A stretch of 64,000 bases of DNA from assembly GCA_023259135.1 (NCBI GenBank), contig JAHFQX010000011.1, positions 54-64,053 of the forward strand. The letters run 5' to 3'. Position 1 is the stretch's first letter, and each line of letters opens with the position of its first letter. Below, piece by piece: positions 38,637 through 46,302 of the stretch. The notes below the pieces were generated by a model, which was not told the DNA's origin, made no database searches, and saw nothing but the letters and a program-made list of their open reading frames with translations. The stretch is from Betaproteobacteria bacterium (GTDB taxonomy: Bacteria; Pseudomonadota; Gammaproteobacteria; Burkholderiales; JAHFQX01). Both the position numbers and the translations under genes were made by a program.

Positions 38637-40574
38637 TCAGGCGACTCGAGCGGCTTCGGCATCCTCGGGATGGGCGGCGATGGCTTTCAAGACGGTATCC
38701 AATTCCCCAATCTGTTCGCGCAATTGCCGATGCCGGGAAGCCAGCTCCTGAAAACGATCCCGGGCGGAGTGCACGTCGGCGGCGATTTTCCGGGCGCTTT
38801 GCGCCCGATCGATCAAAAGGGCCTCATGGCGCTTGATCTGGGACAGGATTGGGGCAAAAGCGCCCTTGAGCCAACTCTCGGTTTCCTGGCGGGCTTCGGC
38901 GAACAACAACCGCGCTTCGGTGGCCAGTCTGTGATAAAACTTGCGGATCAGAAAGCGCTTTTCCGTCATCACGTTGATCGGATCGGTGCAAAAAGCCTGA
39001 GTGGCCGCCTCCAGGGCCTGCATGCGCAATGCATAGCTGTCCATATCCAGAGGTGGGACAGGAACTCGGGGGAAGCCGCATTTTTCGTGGAATTCGTCGT
39101 AGGCGGAGTCCACCGTTTCCTTTGTCCGGTTCGCGTAGGCGGCGATTTTGTCGGTTTGCTCGCGAAAATGCCGGAGCAGGGAGATCATCCCCCGGGCTAA
39201 TCCCGCCGTGGTCCAGCTTCCCTCCAAATCGGCCAGCTCGGTTCTCAAAATCGTGTCGATACGCTGGCTTTCCAGGGCGGCTAGCAGCAGGGCGCCGTGC
39301 TTCATGAGTTCCTGGCGGCGGTTTTTGAAGGCGCCGACCACCTTGCGCAGCCCGGCCTTGTCGTTTTCCAGCCGGGCGGCCAGCGACTCATAGGCTTCGC
39401 GGCCCTGTCCCGCCAGTTCCTTGAGCTCCGCCAGCTCCCGGTGCAGCGCCTCCAGCTCGCTCCGGACGCCTTGCCGGGAAGCCACAACCATGTTGCCGAT
39501 TTCCCGTCCCACCGCGGCGCGTAAAATATTCAGCCGGGCGGGAATGATTTCCTCGGCCAGCAGCCGTTCCAGGCGCCGGATTCCGCTTTTCTCCAGCATG
39601 GCCTCGTCGTTTCGGATCTTGGCCAACAGCGCTTTCTGGGCGGAGAGAGCCAGCACATGTCGCCGCGGAAGATCCAGGATCTCGGCGGTATTCTCGATTT
39701 GACGCTGGATGGTTTCGCGAATCTCCTCATCGGATTTGAGCTCGTCCCACAGCAGGTCGATCTTGTTGAGGACGGCAATGCGGTGCGCCACGGCGCGCTG
39801 CACGCATTTTTCCCAGACTTCCATGTCGGAGCGGGTCACGCCCGTATCCATCGCCAACAGGAACAGCACCGCGTGAGCATGGGGAATCATGCTCAAGGTC
39901 AGCTCCGGCTCCACGCCCAAGGCGTTCAGGCCCGGCGTGTCGAGGATCACCAAGCCGTTTTTCAGCAGCGGGTGGGGATAATTGATGAGGGCGTGGCGCC
40001 AGGCCGGGATTTCCAGCTTATCGTGCTTCACCACCACGGTGGTGATTCCGGCGCCTTCCGCCCCCACCGCCAGCCCGAGCTCGCGGGCCTCATCGAGGGT
40101 GACGGTCTTGGATTCGGTCAGGCTCTTCATGGCCTGCGCCATTTGCTCCGGGGATTCGAGATTGAGGCGGATTTTGAGCCATTCGACGGGCTTGCGCCGC
40201 AAGCTGGCCAGACTCTCGTCGCTGCGCCGGGTTTCGATGGGCAGCAGCCGGATGTGGGGAACGTCATCGGGATCGTAAAAAATTTCCGTGGGGCACATGG
40301 TGGTGCGGCCCACGTCGGAGGGCAGCAGCCGCCGCTTGAAATCCGAGAAGAACAAGGCATTGATCAGCTCGGTTTTGCCTCTGGAGAACTCGGCGAGGAA
40401 GGCCAGCGTCACCCGGTCATGACGCAAGGCCTCGGTCAAATCGTAGATGCGCAAGGATTGCTGAATATCGCCGAAACCCTGTCGTTCCAGCCAGCTTTGG
40501 TAGGATTGAATGGTGATGATGAGTTCGTCCCGCCAGCGACGGAAACCCTCGATCTGCCGTTCCAGCAAGGTCAT
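38637..40574 (-). CDS. Bacterial dynamin-like GTPase family protein
   Basis: The ATG at 40572-40574 gives 645 aa. P-loop-like LAEFSRGKTELINALF, G-domain ILDTPGLNA, NKIDL, and a long helical stalk. ATGA overlap with the yggU stop. Confidence 0.75.
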   Translation of the reverse strand: MTLLERQIEGFRRWRDELIITIQSYQSWLERQGFGDIQQSLRIYDLTEALRHDRVTLAFLAEFSRGKTELINALFFSDFKRRLLPSDVGRTTMCPTEIFYDPDDVPHIRLLPIETRRSDESLASLRRKPVEWLKIRLNLESPEQMAQAMKSLTESKTVTLDEARELGLAVGAEGAGITTVVVKHDKLEIPAWRHALINYPHPLLKNGLVILDTPGLNALGVEPELTLSMIPHAHAVLFLLAMDTGVTRSDMEVWEKCVQRAVAHRIAVLNKIDLLWDELKSDEEIRETIQRQIENTAEILDLPRRHVLALSAQKALLAKIRNDEAMLEKSGIRRLERLLAEEIIPARLNILRAAVGREIGNMVVASRQGVRSELEALHRELAELKELAGQGREAYESLAARLENDKAGLRKVVGAFKNRRQELMKHGALLLAALESQRIDTILRTELADLEGSWTTAGLARGMISLLRHFREQTDKIAAYANRTKETVDSAYDEFHEKCGFPRVPVPPLDMDSYALRMQALEAATQAFCTDPINVMTEKRFLIRKFYHRLATEARLLFAEARQETESWLKGAFAPILSQIKRHEALLIDRAQSARKIAADVHSARDRFQELASRHRQLREQIGELDTVLKAIAAHPEDAEAARVA

Positions 40575-40876
40575 GGCAATCGTTCCCAGCGGGCCAATAG
40601 CGGCTGGCTGTCCTCGGCGGCGGGGGCCAATTCCAGCATTTTCCTCCGCCCACGGTTGCCTTGGAGCAGCGCCACGCGGCTGGGCGCCACGCCGAAGCTG
40701 CGGCCAAGAAACTCGATCAGGGCGGTGTTGGCCCGCCCGTCCACCGCCGGCGCCGCCAATTTTATTTTCAACGCGTCTCCATGAACGCCTACCACCGCCG
40801 TCCGGGAAGCGCCCGGCTGCACCGTCACGACAAGCCGCAACCGGCCGTCCCGCCAATGATACCAAGACGCCGTCAT
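40571..40876 (-). CDS. yggU: DUF167 protein YggU
   Basis: 101 aa: L.V.VQPGASR....G.HGDALKIKLAAPAVDGRANTALIEFL. Confidence 0.85.
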   Translation of the reverse strand: MTASWYHWRDGRLRLVVTVQPGASRTAVVGVHGDALKIKLAAPAVDGRANTALIEFLGRSFGVAPSRVALLQGNRGRRKMLELAPAAEDSQPLLARWERLP

Positions 40877-40880
40877 GAAG

Positions 40881-41459
40881 TCAGAACAGCCGGGGAGCCA
40901 GGCTTTCCAGCCATCCTACCAGAACGATCAACGCGACCTGACAGGCGATCAACAGAATCAGGGGGGAAAGGTCGACGTTGGCGATGGGCGGGATGCGCTT
41001 TTGCAGCGGCCGCAGGAAAGGCCGGGTCAGGCCGTTCAACAGCGGAGCCAGGGGATGGTAGGGATTCACCCAACTGAATACGGCCTGGATCACCACCGCA
41101 ACCATGAGGATATAAACCGACAGCCGCAGCAAATAAACCGTGGCCAGCCAGGCGATCGACAGGAAAACGAAGCCGCGGCCGAAAATCATGGCGCCCCGGG
41201 GGCTGAGCAGGCTCAAGGTCAGCAGCAAAACGAACGACACTCCCCAAGCCAGCACCAGGGTGGCCATATCCATTTTCCGGAATGCCGGAATGACGCGGCG
41301 GGCCGGCCGCACGGCGAAATCGGTCAAGGCGATGAGAAAACGGCCCACCGGGTTGCCGAAGGGCAGCCGGAAAAGTTGCAGATAGAAGCGCAGCAACAGC
41401 GCCAGCAAAAAAAAGCTCAGCACGCTGTTCAGCAAAAACTGCAAGGCGTGGTTGATCAT
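40881..41459 (-). CDS. yggT: YggT-family integral membrane protein
   Basis: The internal ATG at 41457-41459 gives 192 aa with two YggT repeats (...FAVRPARRVIP... / ...LTRPFLRPLQKRIPPIANVDLSPL). Confidence 0.85.
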   Translation of the reverse strand: MINHALQFLLNSVLSFFLLALLLRFYLQLFRLPFGNPVGRFLIALTDFAVRPARRVIPAFRKMDMATLVLAWGVSFVLLLTLSLLSPRGAMIFGRGFVFLSIAWLATVYLLRLSVYILMVAVVIQAVFSWVNPYHPLAPLLNGLTRPFLRPLQKRIPPIANVDLSPLILLIACQVALIVLVGWLESLAPRLF

Positions 41460-41617
41460 AACGGACCAGTGAAAAACAAAGGTTTGTATTCTACATGCTA
41501 TCCTTAGACCGGCGCCGAAGCGAGTCGCGCAATCCCGCGGCTGCGCAGGGGGACTTTTCCGGGGGTGGGCATGGGGCAAGCCGCCGAGTTAAGATGCGCC
41601 ATCCGGAGTGATCTGCC

Positions 41618-41647
41618 CCGGCCCGCTTGGCCGCGGGCCGGCTTTTT
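41618..41647 (+). terminator. Intrinsic-terminator-like hairpin in the yggT / tonB-family divergent intergenic region
   Basis: CCGGCCCGC (41618-41626), loop ttggcc, GCGGGCCGG (41633-41641), then C TTTTT (41643-47). Lies 10 nt upstream of the tonB-family ATG. No upstream plus-strand CDS. Confidence 0.45.
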
Positions 41648-41656
41648 GTCGATTCC

Positions 41657-42325
41657 ATGTCCGTTCTCGCTCCCCTTGCCCGGTTCCGCCTCACGTCGGG
41701 TTCGCAAAAGCTGCTGTTGGCATTGCTGCTGTCCTTGGCCGGTCACGGCGTGCTTGTTCAGCGACTTTCCTGGCGGCCGGCGATTCCCTCTCCGGTTGTT
41801 CCGCCGCCCTTGACGGTGGCGCTGAAAGCCCCGCCCCGCCCCGTTGTTCCCGTGGCTACGGGGGCCCCGCAAAAAATATCGATGGCCCGGGCTTCCCGGC
41901 AGCCGCTTGCTCCGGCGCCGCTGCTGACCGCCCCGCAAGGGCCGGCGGAAACATCGGTTCCGCCCGCCCCCGCCCTCCTTCCCCGGCCGGCGGAGGCGCC
42001 GGCGGAGCGGGCAGCGAGTCCCACTCCCGCTCCGTCCCGTGAAGCGCCGCCGCGCCGCTTCGGCGCGGGCTATCTCAATAATCCGCCGCCCCCTTATCCT
42101 GCCTTGGCCCGGCGCTTGAAGTTGCAAGGCACGGTCATGCTGCGGGTCACGGTGAGCCGGGAAGGCGCTGCGCGGGCCGTGGAGGTGGACGAGTCGTCGG
42201 GCAGCCCGTTGCTGGATCAGGCCGCGGCCCAAGCAGTGCGGAATTGGCGCTTTACTCCGGCGCGGCTGGGGGACGTTCCGGTGGAGGAAGCGGTGCGGGT
42301 GCCGGTCAGCTTCCGGCTGGAGTAA
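41657..42325 (+). CDS. TonB-family energy transducer (C-terminal TonB domain)
   Basis: TM anchor, Pro-rich spacer, and C-terminal domain YPALARRLKLQGTVMLRVTVSREG....V.V..SSG...LD.AA..AVR.WRF.PA. The ORF track starts at a TTG at 41627. Confidence 0.85.
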   Translation: MSVLAPLARFRLTSGSQKLLLALLLSLAGHGVLVQRLSWRPAIPSPVVPPPLTVALKAPPRPVVPVATGAPQKISMARASRQPLAPAPLLTAPQGPAETSVPPAPALLPRPAEAPAERAASPTPAPSREAPPRRFGAGYLNNPPPPYPALARRLKLQGTVMLRVTVSREGAARAVEVDESSGSPLLDQAAAQAVRNWRFTPARLGDVPVEEAVRVPVSFRLE

Positions 42326-42349
42326 GCGGAATCGGCGCCGGCCCCGGAG

Positions 42350-43168
42350 TCAGTCGGCGCCCAGCGCATCCCCCATTTCCCGGGAACGCAGCGCCGCGGC
42401 GCGGGCGGCCCGGATGATCCAAGCCTGCACGCCTCCCTGGTCCAATTCCGCCAGCGCCCGCTCGGTGGTGCCGCCTTTGGAGGTGACGTTGGCCCGCAAG
42501 GTGGCGAACGAGTCCGGACTTTGCCGAGCCAATTCCGCCGCTCCGGTCAGCGTATCCAGCGCCAATTGCCGGGCCATGGCCTGATCCAGGCCCAACTGGG
42601 CGCCGGCCTGTGCCAGCGCTTCCAAGAAATAGAACACATAGGCCGGGCCGCTGCCGGAGATGGCGGTGACGGCATCCATTTGCTCTTCGTCTTGCAGCCA
42701 TAGCACCGCGCCCACCGCTTCCAGGATCCGCTCGGCCATGCGCCGTTCTTCCGGCCCGGCGCCGGGCAAGGCGAACAGCCCTGAAACGCCCCGCGACACC
42801 AGGGCCGGGGTGTTGGGCATGACCCGCACGATTCGCCGATAGCCTCCCAGCCAACGCGACAGATCTTCGGTCCGCACCCCCGCGGCGATGGAGATGACCA
42901 GTTGTTCCCTGAGCAAAGGGGCTAATTTCCGAGCCACATCCCGCAACTGCTGGGGCTTGACCGCCAACACCACGCAAGCGTCGGCGGCGAGGCCCTCGGC
43001 CAGCCCGGAGAAAGCCGCGACGCCGAGATTCTCCCAGCGCCGCCGGGCCTCCGGGACGATTTCCACCACCCGGATGGCCGCCGCAGGAATGCCTTGCCGC
43101 ATCAATCCACCGGCCAAGGCGGCGGCCATATTGCCGCCGCCCACAAAGGTGATTTTCATTTCGGTCAT
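42350..43168 (-). CDS. proC: Pyrroline-5-carboxylate reductase ProC
   Basis: The internal ATG gives 272 aa: ITFVGGGNMAAALAGGL...VRVMPNTPALV..G......SGSGPAYVFYF.EAL...VTSKGGTTE.AL. ATGA overlap with the yggS stop. Confidence 0.93.
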   Translation of the reverse strand: MTEMKITFVGGGNMAAALAGGLMRQGIPAAAIRVVEIVPEARRRWENLGVAAFSGLAEGLAADACVVLAVKPQQLRDVARKLAPLLREQLVISIAAGVRTEDLSRWLGGYRRIVRVMPNTPALVSRGVSGLFALPGAGPEERRMAERILEAVGAVLWLQDEEQMDAVTAISGSGPAYVFYFLEALAQAGAQLGLDQAMARQLALDTLTGAAELARQSPDSFATLRANVTSKGGTTERALAELDQGGVQAWIIRAARAAALRSREMGDALGAD

Positions 43169-43869
43169 GGGTTCAATTCTCCGACGGTCTTGCGCTCCCC
43201 GAAAATAGCCGTCCCCGGCCGCACCAGCGTGGCGCCTTCGGCGACGGCCGCCTCCAAATCGCCGGACATGCCCATGGACAGGGTATCCAAGGGCAGGCCC
43301 TGGCGGATCAACTCTTCCCTCAAGGCCCGCAATGCGGCGAATGGACCGCGTTGCTTGGCCGGATCGGCGCTGGGGCGGGGAATCGTCATCAGGCCCCGCA
43401 AGCGCAGCCTGGGCAGCTTCAGGATATCTCGTGCCAGCTCCGCCACGGCGGTCGGCGGCGCTCCTTGTTTGCCGGCCTCGTCGTCCAGGTTCACCTGCAC
43501 GCACACCGAGAGCGGGGGCAGATGGGGCGGCCGCGCCGCGTTCAAGCGCTCGGCGATCTTGAGACGGTCCACCCCGTGAACCCAGTCGAAACGCTCGGCG
43601 ATGGCGCGGGTCTTGTTGCTCTGAATCGGCCCGACGAAATGCCATTCCAGCGGCAAGTCCGCCAACCCGTCCATTTTGGCCAGGGCTTCTTGCAGATAGC
43701 TCTCCCCGAAAGCACTTTGACCGGCGGCGTAGGCTTCCCGAATACAGTCCGCCGGCCGGGATTTGCTCACCGCCACGATCGTCACCGATTCGGGACGGCG
43801 GGAGGCGGCGGCCGCGGCCCGCGCCAGCCGATCACGAACAGCTTGCAAGCGCTCCGCAATCGTTGCCAT
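43165..43869 (-). CDS. yggS: PLP-homeostasis protein YggS (COG0325)
   Basis: 234 aa: TIVAVSKSRP (PLP Lys), FGESYLQEA..K......EWHFVGPIQSNK, LSMGMSGD. Confidence 0.92.
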   Translation of the reverse strand: MATIAERLQAVRDRLARAAAAASRRPESVTIVAVSKSRPADCIREAYAAGQSAFGESYLQEALAKMDGLADLPLEWHFVGPIQSNKTRAIAERFDWVHGVDRLKIAERLNAARPPHLPPLSVCVQVNLDDEAGKQGAPPTAVAELARDILKLPRLRLRGLMTIPRPSADPAKQRGPFAALRALREELIRQGLPLDTLSMGMSGDLEAAVAEGATLVRPGTAIFGERKTVGELNP

Positions 43870-43941
43870 AATCCCAAGCGCATCCAGGTCGTTCGGACCC
43901 GCGTCCGGGCCGACCTCTATTCACCAAACGGAAAATTATAC

Positions 43942-44985
43942 ATGGACATCTCCGAACTGCTGGCTTTCGTGGTCAAGAGCAAGGCGTCGGACTTGCACCT
44001 TTCCTCCGGGCTGCCCCCCATGATTCGGGTGCACGGCGACGTGCGCCGCATCAACCTGCCGCCCCTGGAACACAAGGACGTGCATGCCATGGTCTACGAC
44101 ATCATGAACGACGGCCAGCGCAAGCACTACGAGGAGAACCTGGAACTGGATTTTTCGTTCGAGATTCCCAATCTGGCGCGCTTCCGGGTCAACGCTTTCG
44201 TGCAGCAACGCGGGGCGGGGGCGGTGTTCCGGACCATTCCTTCCAAGGTGCTGACCTTGGAGGAGTTGAAATGTCCGCAGATTTTCAAGGACATTTCCGA
44301 ATACCCGCGGGGCGTGGTGCTGGTGACCGGGCCCACCGGCTCCGGCAAATCCACCACTCTGGCGGCCATGGTCAACCACATCAACGAGAACGAGTACGGC
44401 CACATCCTCACCATCGAGGACCCCATCGAATTCGTCCATGACAGCAAGAAATGCCTCATCAACCAGCGGGAAGTGGGCCCCCATACCCTGTCTTTCGCCA
44501 ACGCCCTGAAGTCGGCGCTGCGCGAGGATCCGGACATCATTCTGGTGGGGGAGTTACGGGACCTGGAAACCATTCGCCTGGCGCTGACCGCGGCCGAAAC
44601 CGGCCACTTGGTATTCGGCACGCTGCATACCAGTTCCGCCGCCAAGACCGTGGACCGGATCATCGACGTGTTTCCGGCGGCGGAAAAGGAAATGGTGCGG
44701 GCCATGCTGTCGGAGTCGCTGCGGGCGGTGATCTCCCAGACGCTGCTGAAGACCAAGGACGGCGCGGGACGCGTCGCCGCCCACGAGATCATGATCGGCA
44801 CCCCGGCCATCCGCAACCTGATCCGCGAGGCGAAAATCGCTCAAATGTACTCGGCCATCCAGACCGGCCAGAGTATCGGCATGCAGACCCTGGACCAGAA
44901 TCTCCAGGACTTGGTGCGCCGGGGCGTCGTGGCTCCCGCCGAAGCCCGGGGCAAGGCAGCCAATAAGGATGCGTTTCCCGGCTAA
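43942..44985 (+). CDS. pilT: Type IV pilus retraction ATPase PilT
   Basis: ATG at 43942; 347 aa: MDISELLAFVVKSKASDLHLSSGLPPMIRVHGD, Walker A GPTGSGKSTT, AIRNLIRE. Confidence 0.95.
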   Translation: MDISELLAFVVKSKASDLHLSSGLPPMIRVHGDVRRINLPPLEHKDVHAMVYDIMNDGQRKHYEENLELDFSFEIPNLARFRVNAFVQQRGAGAVFRTIPSKVLTLEELKCPQIFKDISEYPRGVVLVTGPTGSGKSTTLAAMVNHINENEYGHILTIEDPIEFVHDSKKCLINQREVGPHTLSFANALKSALREDPDIILVGELRDLETIRLALTAAETGHLVFGTLHTSSAAKTVDRIIDVFPAAEKEMVRAMLSESLRAVISQTLLKTKDGAGRVAAHEIMIGTPAIRNLIREAKIAQMYSAIQTGQSIGMQTLDQNLQDLVRRGVVAPAEARGKAANKDAFPG

Positions 44986-45014
44986 GCCGGAATCACCAGT
45001 CAAGGAGCGGAAAA

Positions 45015-46151
45015 ATGGAGCGGGAACAAGCGGTCAATTTCATGCACGAACTGCTGCGGGCCATGCTGGCCAAGAAGGCCTCGGACCTGTTCGTTACCGT
45101 GGGTTTTCCGCCGGCCTTCAAGGTGGACGGCAAGATGACTCCGGTATCGAACCAGGTCCTCACCCCCCAGCACACCCAGACGCTGGCGCGGGCCATCATG
45201 AACGACAAGCAGGCCGCCGAGTTCGAGGCCACCAAGGAATGCAATTTCGCCATCAATCCCCCCGGCATCGGCCGCTTCCGGGTCAACGCTTTCGTGCAGC
45301 AGCAGCGCGTCGGCCTGGTGCTGCGGACCATCACCACCACCATTCCCAAATTCGACGACCTGGGACTGCCCAAGGTGCTGAAGGACGTGGTCATGTCCAA
45401 GCGGGGGCTGGTGATTTTCGTCGGAGGCACGGGCTCGGGAAAATCCACTTCCCTGGCGGCGATGATCGGCTACCGCAACGAGAACAGCTACGGCCACATC
45501 ATCACCATCGAGGACCCGGTGGAATACGTCCATGAGCACAACAACTGCCTCATCACCCAGCGGGAAGTGGGGGTGGATACCGAATCCTGGGAAGCCGCCC
45601 TCAAGAACACCCTGCGGCAGGCACCGGACGTGATCCTCATCGGCGAAATCCGCGATCGGGAGACCATGGACCACGCCATCGCCTTCGCCGAAACCGGCCA
45701 TCTGGCCATGGGCACCCTGCACGCCAACAGCGCCAACCAGGCCCTGGACCGGATCATCAACTTCTTTCCGGAAGAGCGCAAAGCGCAACTCTTGATGGAT
45801 CTGTCCCTCAATATGCGCGCCCTGGTCTCCCAGCGGCTGATCCCCAAGAAAGACGGCAAGGGGCGGGTGGCGGCTATCGAAATCCTGCTCAATTCTCCGT
45901 TGATTTCCGACCTCATCTTCAAGGGGGAGGTCCACGAGATCAAAAGCGTCATGGCCAAATCCCGGGAGATGGGCATGGTGACTTTCGACCAGGCCTTGTT
46001 CGATCTTTACGAAGCCGGACTCATCAGCTACGAAGACGCCATGCGCAACGCCGATTCCATGAACGAGCTGCGCTTGCAGATCAAGCTGCATGGCCAGGAG
46101 ACCAAGGACAAGGACATTATGTCCGGCATCGACCATATCAACATCGTCTGA
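45015..46151 (+). CDS. pilU: Type IV pilus ATPase PilU
   Basis: 378 aa preceded by AAGGAG. ASDLFVTVGFPPAFKVDG, Walker A GGTGSGKSTS. PilT paralog directly downstream of pilT. Confidence 0.92.
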   Translation: MEREQAVNFMHELLRAMLAKKASDLFVTVGFPPAFKVDGKMTPVSNQVLTPQHTQTLARAIMNDKQAAEFEATKECNFAINPPGIGRFRVNAFVQQQRVGLVLRTITTTIPKFDDLGLPKVLKDVVMSKRGLVIFVGGTGSGKSTSLAAMIGYRNENSYGHIITIEDPVEYVHEHNNCLITQREVGVDTESWEAALKNTLRQAPDVILIGEIRDRETMDHAIAFAETGHLAMGTLHANSANQALDRIINFFPEERKAQLLMDLSLNMRALVSQRLIPKKDGKGRVAAIEILLNSPLISDLIFKGEVHEIKSVMAKSREMGMVTFDQALFDLYEAGLISYEDAMRNADSMNELRLQIKLHGQETKDKDIMSGIDHINIV

Positions 46152-46165
46152 TTCGAGCCGTTGTT

Positions 46166-46193
46166 GTCGGGTTACGGCTTCGCCTAACCCGAC
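46166..46193. repeat. REP-like GC hairpin between convergent pilU and pilY1 (possible bidirectional terminator)
   Basis: GTCGGGTTA-cggcttcgcc-TAACCCGAC, followed by CTAC. Resembles the widespread ...AACCCGACCTAC-type palindromic elements. Confidence 0.5.
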
Positions 46194-46302
46194 CTACCCA
46201 TCTGGATGAGAAGCCGTTCGTGGTGAGTAGCTTCGCTATGCAAGGCCCTTCGACGGCGCCAGGACAGGCGTATCGAACCATGAAGGGCGTGCGATTGCCT
46301 AA

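Noticed and set aside
41504-42232. 242-aa minus-strand ORF
   Set aside because: It is antisense to the TonB-family gene, whose C-terminal domain is recognisable. Its composition is Arg/Gly-rich.
45000-46136. 378-aa minus-strand ORF mirroring pilU
   Set aside because: It is antisense to a clearly conserved PilU with Walker motifs and has no motifs of its own.
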